A stretch of 64,000 bases of DNA from assembly GCA_038087875.1 (NCBI GenBank), contig CM075989.1:8062001-8126000 (forward strand). Direction: 5' to 3'. The stretch comes from Malacoraja senta (taxonomy: Eukaryota). The number at the start of each line of letters is the position of its first letter. Within the stretch, counting starts at the first letter, position 1. Positions 46,599 through 58,479 of the stretch are shown here, piece by piece. The notes beneath the pieces were generated by a model. The model saw nothing but the letters and a program-made list of their open reading frames with translations. It ran no database searches and was not told where the DNA came from. Both the position numbers and the translations under genes were made by a program.

Positions 46599-49588
46599 TT
46601 AACATGCACTTGGAACAACTGCAAAAGCCACACTGCATCTGTCTAAAGCTGTTGACAATCTGCTCAGCGCCTGCAGGGTTTCCGGCGACTTAATACGGCC
46701 GCCTCACGCCAGTCCTAACGGGAGGCAGCAGCAATTTCTCACTCCGGAATGTTCCCAATCCATCAATGATCGAGTTGTGGCTGGTTTCCAACTCACTTCA
46801 GTTTGATTTGTTTCAATCGTCGGGACAAGGCCTTGTTTTGCATTTGTGAAAGTGAAACAAAGGTCAAGGTTGTTAATCGTAAAACAGGAGCGACTCTTCT
46901 GCCACACAATCACTTACACGGACTTGACAGGAGCAGGGTTATTTGTTCTCAGACAGAAGGGAGAGGGGAAGTGAGGACGTGCATTCATATAGCGCCCTTC
47001 ACATTCCTTTCAGCTTATTTCAAAGTGCTTGTCAGACAATGGCATCCTTTCTGAGGTGCCATCATTGCGATGAAGCCACTGTGAAGCAGATACAATAGCA
47101 ACATTTAAGAGGCATATAGACAGGCACATAAACTGGCAGGGAATTGAGGGAAAAGACCATTTGAAGGTAGATTTAGACTTTACTTAACTTTAGAGATATA
47201 GCACCGAAACAGGCCCTTCAGCCAACCGAGTCCTCGCCGACCAGCAATCATCCCATATACTAATATTATCCCACACACTAGGGACAATTTACAACTTTAC
47301 CGAAGGCAATTAACCTACAAACCTGCATGTCTTTGGAGTGTGGGAGGAAACCAGAGCACCTGGAGAAAACCCATGCGGTCACGGGGAGAACGTACAAACT
47401 CCAGCAGACAGCACTTGTAGTCAGGATCGATCCCGGGTCTCTAGCGCTGCAAGGCAGCAGCTCTACCGCTGCGCCACTGTGCCACCCTCTTGCTGGCTTG
47501 TATTACTGAACCAACAACACACAAGGATAAATCAGATTGGAAGCAGCAAGTAGGCTGCTTGACCCTGGTGTATCACCTTGCAACATTTCCCTCGGCACTA
47601 ATATATTTTGAATCATTTTCATGATATAATCAAGAAAGCTCCTTGGTGCAATATGAAAGGGACTCTGAGAGTTTCCGGATGGCTTGCTGGCTACTGCAAT
47701 ACAGGCAAATGGAGGTGACAAACGTCCTCCTAATTATCCCCACGCCTTTGCTAAGTTTTATGGTCGCCCAGAGTCAATGAGTAAATGTCCAACACCAGCA
47801 TGTTTACATTGAGTGCAGGGAATCTTAGTCTAAGCTCTGACCACAGCTGACCACTGCTACTAAGATGCAGAATGTATCTCATCTTTGTGAACAAAATAAA
47901 AGCATTAAAAAAGAATCCATTGCACCAGGTTAAACTGTTTAATTCATTAAAATTAAACTCTTTAATTAAATGTAACCTGGCAGAAACAACGCAACACATT
48001 CAAGGTAGTAAAATGAATCAAGGCAGTTCATGGGTATGTCGTCAAACAAAATTTGATGCCAAGCATCTTGAGGCAATATAATGTCAAACAACGATATGGT
48101 GGGTTAAAGAGGCCAGTTTTGAGCAAAGTCTGGAGAGGTGTACGGAGGGAAGGTTAAGGACATTGGCAGCTGAAGGCATGATTTCACCAGGTGAGATGAT
48201 TGAAAATGGGGAGATGCAGAAGCCCAGAATCAAAGGGATGTAGATATTAGATTTATAGGCGCACAGAGTCTCTTGCCCAGAGTAGGGAAATCGAGAACCA
48301 GAGGACATAGGTTTAAGGTGAGGGGGGAAAGATTTAACAGGAACCTGAGGGGTAACCTTTTCACGCAAGGAGTGATAGGTATAAGGAACGAGCTACTGGA
48401 GGAGATAGTTGAGGCAGCTACTATTGCAACTTTTAAGAAGCATTTCAACAGGTATATGGATAGGACAAGTTTAGAGGGATATGGGCGAAATGCAGGCAGG
48501 TGAGATTTGTGTAGATGGGACATGTGTGGGCAAGTTGGGCCTAATGGCCTGTTTCCACGTAGTAAGACTCTATGGGTCTGATTGTGGAGAAGGCTAAATG
48601 GATGTGGGGAAACAAGGCCATGCAGAAATTTGAAAGCAAAGATGAGGTTTGGAAAGGTCAGCATTGCTTGACACGGGTACCACTGGAGGCCAGCAAGTGC
48701 GGTGGTGGTGGGTGAATGTGAATTAGTGTGAGTGAGGACATGAATGACAGAGTTGCCGGTGGCTTCAGATCAGTGGTGAGTGGGAGATCAGAGGGTGCCC
48801 TGGAGAGCACTGCAATATTCATCAAAGGAGGCAAAGCATGGATGAAAGACTGCGTGGGTTTCCTCCAGGATGCCTTGCATTCCTCCCACATCACAGACAG
48901 ACACATGGACCGGTGGTCTAATTAGCCACTATCACTTGGTCCTAGTGTGTACATGAGTGGAATACAAAAGGGGGGAATGTAGAGGAACGTGAGGAGAATA
49001 CAAAATGGGATTAATAGAGTCATATACAGCATGCAAGCAGACAATGCGGCCCAACTTGCCCGCATTGACCAACATGTCCCATCTACGCTAGTCCCACCTG
49101 CCTGCGTTTGGCCCGTATACCTCTAAACCTATCTTATCCATGTACCTGTCTAAATATTCCTTAAACGTTGCGATAGTCCCTGCCTCAACTACCTCCTCTG
49201 GCATCTTGTTCCATACACCCACCATCCTTTGTGTAAAAACGTTACCCCTCTGGTTCCTATTAAATCCTTCCTTCATGTAGGATTTGTGTGAACGGATGAT
49301 TGATGGTCGGCACGGACTTGATGATTTTGTGCTGTACGGCTCTTAATCTTAATATGCCAATAAAATTAAGATGGAAATTGAGGGCCATGATGATGGAATG
49401 GATTGCAGTGAAAATAATTTTGTATTTTCACCCCAACAACCTTTCCTACTCCAAGGAAGACAAACCCAGTCTATCCATTCTCTCCTGACCACTGAATTGT
49501 TCCATTCCAGCCAATGTTCTGGTGAATCTCCTCTATCAGAGAGTGGGATGTTTGAAGGAAATGTCATGGATGCATTTAGGAAGAAGGT

Positions 49589-49725
49589 CTTCTTCTTCTT
49601 GCGTGTGGCGTGCACAGCCTACAGTTGGAGGTCAACTTGTTCTATTTGATCTTGTTTGTGCACGTCGGGTTGATTGCATTAGTCGAAACAGAGTGGACCA
49701 CGTGAAGGTTGCAATCTCCCATCCC
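49589..49725 (-). mobile_element. Short retro-insertion with (GAA)n tail (RTE-type 3' end) and imperfect target-site duplication
   Basis: cttcttcttctt tail; flanks aggaagaaggt (49578-49588) and aggaggtaggt (49726-49736). Confidence 0.55.
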
Positions 49726-49992
49726 AGGAGGTAGGTGATGGCGTTTAATAAAATCGTGGATCGTTATTACTTTCCAGGACAAATGTGACAATCTCAGAGG
49801 GTTGCATCATCCCTGGTGCTCTGTCCTTGGTCCAACACCTTGATACAATTACAATGAAAGCTCACCAGCGCTTCTACTTCCTCAGACGTTTGAGGAGATT
49901 TGGTACGTTGCCGAATACTCCATCAAACATCTGAAGGTGTAGGGGGAGAGCCTACTGACTGGTTGTATCACAGCCTGGTTCAGCAAGACTAA

Positions 49993-50207
49993 AGGGCCTG
50001 TCCCACTTGGGCGTCATTTGCGCGTCACGCGGATGGCGTGCGAAGATTTTGTACATCCCAAAATCCTGGGGCGCCGCACGCGATGGCGCGTTACTGCCTA
50101 CGTCACCACGCACCATGCGCGCATCACGTGCACGTCACGATGCGCCCGTCATGCGTTGTGATGCGTAAATGATGTCGGGTAAATGACGCCCAAGTGGGAC
50201 AGGCCCT
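49993..50207. mobile_element. MITE, core type D, inserted in a Rex-type LINE fragment
   Basis: TAA|AGGGCCTGTCCCACTTGGGCGTCATTT ... AAATGACGCCCAAGTGGGACAGGCCCT|TAA. Confidence 0.92.
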
Positions 50208-51392
50208 TAACACCCAAGGATGAAGGAAAGTGCATAGAGTGGTGGGCATTGCCCTCACCATTGAAGGGATCTACACGAGGCGCTGTCTCAAGAAAGAAGC
50301 CAATATCATCAGACACCCACACCACCCTGGCCAAACTCTCTCGTAACCGGTCCCATCTGAAAGGATGTACAGGAGCTTGAGAGGCATTATCTCCATAATC
50401 GACCTGTTTGAGGAGTACAAATTATGAGGGGCATGATAGGGTAGACGGTAAACCTTTCCCTTAGAAGAGATATAGAGTTTTAATAAGATACAGCAGGGAA
50501 ACAGGCTCTTCAGCCCATTAGTTCCATGATCATGAAGCACACATTTACACAAATCTCATTTCATTCTCTCCATATTCCCATTATCAGCCCCATCACCTCA
50601 ACCCCCCCCCCCTCCCTCCCCCAAGCTTCTGACACTCATCTCCACCAATGAGGTTATTTACAGCGGCCGATTAACCAATCGATCCGCACGTCTTTGGAAT
50701 GTGGGTGCAAACCAGAGCAGCCAGCGGACGCCCACGTGGTCACAGAGAGAGTGTGCAAACTCCACATAGTCAGCACCAGAGGTCAGGTATTGCAGGTACA
50801 CAAAAATGCTGGAGAAACTCAGCGGGTGCAGCAGCATCTATGGAGCGAAGGAAATAGGCAACGTTTCGGGCCGAAACCCTTCTTCAGACTGATAGGGGGT
50901 GGGGAAAAGAAAGGAAAAAGGGAAAAAAGGCGGAGGAGGAGCCCGAGGGCTGGGGGATGGGAGGAGACAACCAAAGGGCTGATGAAGGGGAGGGGACACC
51001 CTGGTCTCTGGAGCTATAAGAAGGCAGCTCTACCAGCTGCTGTACTAACTGTGCTGCTGGTGTCTAGAGCACGAAGGCAGATGTTTAGAGTAAGGGATAA
51101 TGTGTTCAGAGGGGGATCCAAGAAATAGACGTCACCCAGAGGTGGTTGGAACCTAGAACACCCTGCCTGCATGGGTGGTGGAGGCTGATACTCTCCAAAC
51201 ATTTAAGAATGATCCAGATGAGCATTTGCATCACCAACACATAGAAAACTACTGAGTGGCCAGTGGTAAATGGGATTCATTTAGATGAGTATTTAATGGT
51301 TGGCTGGGACACAAAAGGTGAAAGGACATATCTGTGTTGTACGAGTTTATGGCTCTGGGTAAAGTACCTTCTCCGACATTCCTCATCAGATT

Positions 51393-51402
51393 TATATATA
51401 TA

Positions 51403-51433
<31 letters not shown>

Positions 51434-51464
51434 GTGTGTGTATATGTATGTGTGTGAATGTATG

Positions 51465-51505
<41 letters not shown>

Positions 51506-51515
51506 GTGTATATGT
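51393..51515. repeat. Compound (TA)n/(TG)n/(CA)n microsatellite
   Basis: Directly visible. Confidence 0.95.
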
Positions 51516-53028
51516 ATAGACACAAAATGCTGGAGTAACTCTGCGGGACAGGCAGCATCTCTGGAGAGAAGGAATAGGTGACGTTTAGGGTCGAGACCCT
51601 TCTTCAGACTGATGTCAGGGGAGGGGGCGGGACAAAAATAGAATGTAGTCAGAGACTGGTGGGAGACTTGGAAGGGGAGAGGATAGAGAGAGAGCGAAAA
51701 CAAGGGCTATTTGAAGTTAGAGAAGTCAATGTTCATACTGCTGGGGTGTAAGCTACCCAAACAAAATATGAGGTGCTGTTCCTCCAATTTGCGCTGGGCA
51801 CTCTGACAATGGAGGAGGCCCAGGACAGAAAGGTCAGATTGGGAATGGGAGGGGGAGTTAAAGTCCCGAGCAACCGGGAGATCAGGTAGGTTAAGGCGGA
51901 CTGAGCAGAGGTGTTCAGCGAAACGATCACCAAGCCTGCGTTTGGTCTCGCCGAAGTACAGAAGTTGACACCTGGAACAGCGGATACAGTAGATGAGGTT
52001 GGAGGAGGTGCAAGTGAACCTCTGCCTCACCTGAAAAGACTTTTGGGGTCCTTGGATGGAGTCAAGGGGGGAGGTAAAGGAACAGGTGTTGCATTTCCTG
52101 CGGTTGCAGGGGAAAGTACTTGGGGAGGGGGTGGTTTGGGTGGGGAAAGGACGAGTTGACCAGGGAGTTGCGGAGGGAACAGTTTCTGCTGAAAGCAGAA
52201 AGGGGTGGAGATGGGAAGATGTGGCCAGTGGTGGGATCACGTTGGAGATGGCGAAAATGTTGGAGGATTATATGCTGTATGCGACGGCTGATGGGGTGGA
52301 AGGTGAGGACAAGGGGGACTCTGTACTTGTTGCGAATGGGGGGAGGGGGAGCAAGAGCGGAGCTGCGGGATATCTATAATAGAAGAGGGGAACCCACGTT
52401 TCCTAAAGAATGAGGACATCTCCGATGGCCTGGTATGGAAAACTTCATCCTGGGCGCAGATGGAGGAATTGGGAGTAGGTGGTAGAGTCTTTACAGGAAG
52501 CAGGGTGGGAAGAAGTGTAGTCCAGATAGCTATGGGAGTCAGTAGGTTTGTAGTAGATGTCGGTCAGTAGTCTGTCTCCTGTGATGGAGACGATGAGATC
52601 CAGAAACGTTAGGGAGATGTCGGTGATGGTCCAACTGAATGTGAATGCAGGATGGAAATTAGTCGTGAAAATTATGAAGTGAGTGAGTTCTGCATGGGTG
52701 CAGTAGGCAGCACCGATGCAATCGTCAATGTAGCAGAGGTAGAGTTCGGGGATAGGGCCAGTGTACACCTGGAACAGAGATTGTTCGACGAACCCTTCAA
52801 AGAGGCAGGCATAACAGGGGCCCATGCGAGTGCCCATAGCTACGCCTTGGATTTGGAGGAAGTGGGAGGAGTCGAAGGAGAAATTGTTGAGGGTAAGGAC
52901 CAGCTTTGCTAGGCGGAGGAGTTCCATTTTCCAGGCTCCCACTCCCTCATCTTTACCATGGATGTCCAGTCACTCTACACCTCCATCCCCCAACCAGGAA
53001 GGTCTTAAAGCCCTCCGTTTTTTTCCTC
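51516..53028 (-). mobile_element. Penelope-like retroelement (Neptune-type): decayed RT plus GIY-YIG endonuclease, 3' terminal repeat and 5' inversion
   Basis: RT: NNFSFDSSHFLQIQGVAMGTRMGP...YIDDCIG...FLDL...YYKPTDSHSYL. Linker: PCNRRKCNTC. Endonuclease: NLIYCIRCSRCQLLYFGETKRRLGDRFAEH. Terminal repeat with hammerhead-like core at 51580-51607. Confidence 0.93.
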
Positions 53029-56000
53029 CTCAATGTGTGGGTGTGTGTGGGTGTATATTGCTATAAGATACAGATTCTCCCAAAAGTAGGAACATTTTAT
53101 TTATATCCTGGTAAATCTGTCAATCTGGCCTTTTCCCCAAGTTACTACACTGAACATAGAACAGTGTAGTACAGGAACAGGCCTTTCGGCCCACAATGTC
53201 TTTGCTGGCCATGATGCCAATTAGTCTAAGGCCATCATTCTGACATATGGTCTCCATCCTTCAATGCCTTGCCTGTTCATGTGCCTGTCTAAATGTCTCT
53301 TCAATGTGGCTATTGTATCTGCTTCCACTACCTCCCATGGCAGTGCAGTACGGGCACCTACACTCTGTGTAAGAAATGTGCCTCGCAAATGTCCTTTCAA
53401 CTTTGCTCTCGTCTTAAATCTGTACCCTCTTGCATCTGTCATCACCACCCTGGGAAAATGACTCTATCTACCTTCTCCATGTCTCTCCTGTATGCTTCTA
53501 TCAGGATCTATACTTTGCTGAAAATTGCAACCTCTCCATTCTGGTACCACTTGTGCAAATCTTTTCCTTTGCACCTCTTCTGGCACCAAATAATAGTGTG
53601 ATATTTTTGCCTCCAACAATCTGTTGTATTAACACACATAATTGCAGAAGAAAGCTGGTATCAGTGACGGCAACTATAAAACGACCCGAATTGTTGTGAA
53701 ACCCTCTGATTCACTGAACCTCCAGTGAAGTAATGGCCTGCATTGTCCATTTTGAGCTCCATATGTGACTGTAGACCACCCATGGTTGACTCTTAACTAT
53801 CTACAGTCAGGCCAATTTAGAAGAACCAATAAATAGTAACATCACCAGCAATGTCTATGTAGCATCAACTAATTTTTAAAAGATATTTTGAATGAATGAT
53901 GAAAGAATCAAAAAGTGAGATGTCCAGATGTCAACTGCGGTTCATTGGTTACCCTCCTGCTTGTGAAATCAGGAGGTTACATGTTAATATCAACTCCTGG
54001 GGATTTATTCTTGAAACCTGGTCTCTTGTTCCGATGGAGTGCTGAGAGACTGTGCGGCATTCAGAGTGTTGCGCTGTAAGAAATATTGTTGATCAGAATG
54101 AGGGGATATCGTTACAAATTAAAAGGGCGATCATTTTAAACTGGAGTGGACAGGAAAAACCTTCCACAGAGCACGTTGAATCTCGGGAATTCTCTACCCA
54201 GAGGGTTTATTGTACAGATACAGTGTGCAAAAATAGGCCCTTCGGCCCCTCCGCGTTCGTGCTGACCATCGATCACCCGTACACTAGTTCTATCCTGCAC
54301 ACAAGGGACAATTTACAGAAGCCAATTAGCCTACAAACCTGCACGTCTTTGGGATGTGGGAGGAAACCGGAGCACTTGGAGAACACCCACGCGGTCATAG
54401 TGGGAAGCTCCAAACTCCATACAGACAGCACCGGCAGTCAGGATCGAACCCGAGTCTCTGGTGCTGCAAGGCAGCAACTCCACCGCTGTGCCACCTTGCT
54501 GCCCTGATAGTGGTGGATGGATCTTTGGGGAAGAGAGGTTAAGAGAAGGCAGATAAATGTTTAAAGGATCAAAGGATGTTTAAAGGTTAAAGCCCTCCAA
54601 AGACATACAGGTTTGTAGGTTAATTGGCTTGGGTTTGTATACTTGGTATTAGTGTAAATTGTCCCAAGTGTATGTAGGCTTGTGTTAATGTGCGGGGATC
54701 GCTGGTCGGTGCGGACTCAGTGGGTCGAAGGTTCCGCGCTGTATCTCTAAACTAAACTAAACTAATCAGGGAACTGAGGACTGTGAGGAACTGGCACAGA
54801 ATAAGACATGAGGCCTGGGGCATATACGTCATGATCATTTTAACAGGCTTGAGGAGCAAAGTGGCCTACTCCTGTTCCTTTATCCTTATGATATTTATTC
54901 TTCAAACATTGGCTGAATGCTACTTTGATGTGTTTGAACGTCTGTGCTAAAAATTGGATTTTGCACCTCATTTGGAAGAATTCCCATTGAGGAAGAATTA
55001 GAATCTGAAGCATTGAAACGTGACATTTGACCCAACCATTATATTCTCGTGAAGATAGACACAAAGAGCTGGAGTAACTCAACAGGTCAGGTAGGTAAGG
55101 GCTATCTCCCCTTAACCTCTCCCGCCCATGATCCGTCCTCCAGGCCCTTCGGCCCAACTTGTCCACACCGACCACTACACTCGTCCCACCTGCCTGCGTT
55201 TGGCCCAGACTCCTCTAAACATGTCCTATCCATGTACCTGTCTAATTGCTTATTAAACGTTGCGATAGTCCCTGCCTCAACTACCTTCTCCGGCAGCTCG
55301 TTCCATACACCCACCATTCTTTGTGTGGAAAAGCTACCCTATAAAATCTTTCCACCTTCACCGTAAACCCTTGCCCTCTTCTTCTCGATTCCCCTCCTCT
55401 GGGCAAGCGACTCTATGCGTCTACCCGATCTATTCCTCTCATGATTTTATGCACCTCTAATATCACTCCTCATCCTCCTGTACTCCAGGGAATAGAGGCC
55501 TAGCCTGCTCAACCTCTCCCTATAGCTTATACCCTTGAGTCCTGACAACATCCTTGTAAGTCTTCACTTATAACTATTAGGTACATGGATAGAAAATGTT
55601 TAGAGGGATATGGGCTAAACACGGGTAAGTGGGACTAGCTGAGATGGGACAACATGGATGAGTTGGACCGAAGGGACTGTTTCCGTTCAGCATGAATCCA
55701 GGGCTCTATGACGCTATTAGGCTGAGAAGGAATTTTGGAAGTTGATGTCCCAGTGTGTTCTGCAGCACCCTGCAGAAATGGTGCAGGACCCAGTGTGCGC
55801 ATTCCTGCACCAACTACTAAAACATACAACATGAAGTACAGCACAGGAATAGGCTCTGTATCTGTGCCGAACATGATGGTAAGATAAACTAATCTCATCT
55901 GTCTGCACATGGTCCATAACCTCCCATTCTCTGCATATCCAAAAGCATCTATCTAAAAGCATTTTACTATTAAAACCTTTCTAAAAACACCACAGTCATA

Positions 56001-56275
56001 TCTGTCTCTACCTGCCCTGGCAGCACGTTCCATGAACTCTATCTTCTCATGTCTTCCACAAAGACTGTTTCTTGCAAGTCAAATACAAAGGACAACTTGT
56101 AAGTCGGGAGTAAAGAAGACGAAGTAAGATAGACTCTTAATTGTGCTTTGACCCCCATTAGGACCTCCTAAAGCACCTTGCATTTGCCCATGGAGCGTTT
56201 TGAAGTGTAGTCACCCTTGCAAATGTGGGAGATGCAAAGTTTCCCTCTGCATTAACATGTTGTCTTGTTCTGCAG

Positions 56276-56481
56276 GTACTTTGTCTGGAACTTGCTGGCC
56301 CTTTCATACACTCTGGACTTCTGGAACGAAGCTTACACATGGCCATTCCTGGTCTTCATGGTCACCGCTTGTATCTATCCTTTCACCTCAAGCTGTGCCC
56401 ACACGTTTAGCTCAATGTCCACTCGAGCAAGGCATATCTGCTTCTTCTTCGACTATGGTGCTCTGAGCCTCTACAGCCTAG
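56276..56481 (+). CDS. PAQR5: PAQR5-like coding exon 3
   Basis: Acceptor ttgtcttgttctgcag|G, then YFVWNLLALSYTLDFWNEAYTWPFLVFMVTACIYPFTSSCAHTFSSMSTRARHICFFFDYGALSLYSL (SxxxH and DY motifs), donor CTAG|GTGGGA; 206 nt. Confidence 0.95.
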
Positions 56482-57446
56482 GTGGGAGTTGTTGCATTGA
56501 CTACACATGAACTTACAATTGTTGTGGTGTTGGATATGCTCTCAGTGTCTCTTGATGCTCCGCAAGAACGATGGCAGTCGGTTTATATTCATTTCCCCCA
56601 GAACTAGAACAATGGGGCTGCAATCTGCAGTAATCCCACTGTAGCAACTTGACATAGTTACTCCCAAGTCCTCATTCTCTACCGTCTCAAGGGCAGCAAA
56701 ACCAGGGAAGTTGGGAACCTCGTTGCCTGCCGTTTCCTCTCAATAGTCAACAGTGCTTTATTTGTCCCATATGCAACTGCACAATGAAATTATTTTTGCA
56801 TACATTTCACATGCGGGCGCCGCCATTATTGGCGCTATTATACAAAGTCCAAAGTCCGGTCGGCTTGTGCGCTCGATGTACTGGAGCAGTTCCCGTGAAC
56901 CGACGTCCCTCTCCTCTCCTCATCCGGCCATCTTGGTGTCCCGGGGGCACCTCCTGCAGTCGACCTGAATCTGCTGGGCGCATTACTCTGGTTCACCCTC
57001 CAAGTCACGCCAGAAATTACCAGTCCATCATCATCATTAGTCAACCTCTGGACCTGATTATCTCACGTCTGGTACTGTCACCCCTTGGACGGTGGTGATT
57101 TGGGAAGGTTTTTCACCATCTACTACTGGTGGTAAGTCACAGTGGGCCACAAATGCTGGCTTTGATTGCAATGTCCCTGTCCTATCAACGAGAGATAGCA
57201 TTACCTACCCTGTCACATAAACCGAAGATAGGCACCAAATGCTGGAGTAACTCAGCGGGACAGGCAGCATCCCGAGAGAGAAGGAATGGGTGACGTTTTG
57301 GGTCGAGACCCTTCACATAAACCACGTAAACATCAACCACTGCTTACGCTAGCGTGATGCCACAGGTGACACTTTGAGGAGATGCACCCAGGTTACAAGC
57401 CGGTCAAATACAAGTGACCTCTTTGCATTGTTTTCCACCCCCTCAG

Positions 57447-57573
57447 GCTCTGCGACCGTCTACGCAGCCTACATCATGCCGGACAAGTGGATCAACAGCA
57501 CCTTCCACGAGTGGTTCATGCCTCTCGCCGTCTTCAACACCGTTGTTTGCACTGGTCTGTCGTGCTACTCCCG
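57447..57573 (+). CDS. PAQR5: PAQR5-like coding exon 4
   Basis: Acceptor ttttccaccccctcag, then (G)SATVYAAYIMPDKWINSTFHEWFMPLAVFNTVVCTGLSCYSR, donor CG|GTAAGC. Phase matches exon 3. GSA rather than GCA favours PAQR5 over PAQR6 (recalled sequences). Confidence 0.93.
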
Positions 57574-57794
57574 GTAAGCCGGCTGACCACAGCGTCACTC
57601 CATGTTCCGTCTGGTTTTGGTGCTGCAGCAAGGGGGATCACAATGACCACTGGTTGCATTGGATCCCTGTTGCTCACTGATTCGTTGCTAACATAGTGAA
57701 GGATGTTGTACAGAATGGCTGCATCCAAATTGTCAGAGAACATCGACATTCCAAGCTCACTGCTAGTAAAAGGCCTCAACTCTGATTTCACACT

Positions 57795-58065
57795 TTCACC
57801 CTAATTGTATTCTAAACCTGTTTATACAACAGTCTAATACCCCTGACCTCAAAACTATACTTTGACCCAAATTGTACTCTGAATCTGTTCATACAATGAC
57901 CCTAAAACCTCTGACCTCTAACTGCACTTTGACCCTAATTGTACTCTGAACCTATTTATATTGTGACCCTAATAATTTTGGTCACCAATTCTACCTTGAC
58001 CCAAATGTACTCAGACCCTAATTATTGGGTAATCATAATTACTCTAATTTCTAATTGTACTTTGA
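57795..58065. repeat. Degenerate minisatellite built on gaccctaattgtactctgaacc-like units
   Basis: Recurrent accctaattgta / tttgaccc / ctctgaacct motifs. Confidence 0.7.
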
Positions 58066-58192
58066 TAGATCAGCCATGATTGAATGGCGGAGTAGACTTG
58101 ATGGGCCAAATGACCTAATTCTACTCCTATTGCTTATGACCTTATGGCAAAAATACCATGGCCTTAATTATGCCCTGGCCCTATACTCTTTA

Positions 58193-58479
58193 AGGGCCTG
58201 TCCGACTGTTCGAGGTAATTCAAGAGTGTAATGTACGTAGCGGGTACGTAGGGGCTCGTACGAGTAAAAAGTAACAATTATTTTCATCACAAGCATTTTT
58301 CACAGTGTTGGAAAAACGTCACGAGTTTACCAGATTTCCCGAGTACCTACCGTTACTCGTACGAGCCGCTACGTGACATCCACAAACTCCTACGTACCCG
58401 CTACGTACATTACACAAGCTCGAATCAGGGGAGAACTCGGGAGAACTCTTGAATTACCTCGTACAGTGGGACAGGCCCT
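58193..58479. mobile_element. MITE, core type C
   Basis: TTA|AGGGCCTGTCCGACTGTTCGAGGTAATTCAAGAG ... CTCTTGAATTACCTCGTACAGTGGGACAGGCCCT|TAA. Confidence 0.88.

Noticed and set aside
51707..52942. Functional or domesticated RT and GIY-YIG gene
   Set aside because: The ORF is fragmented, internally deleted and 5'-inverted; a dead copy.
33455..57573. Assignment to PAQR6
   Set aside because: Some residues (FLPTW, GALSLYSLG) are PAQR6-like, but LPRL, WNEAYTWP, STRARHIC and GSA fit recalled PAQR5 sequences better. A gene tree is needed to be certain.
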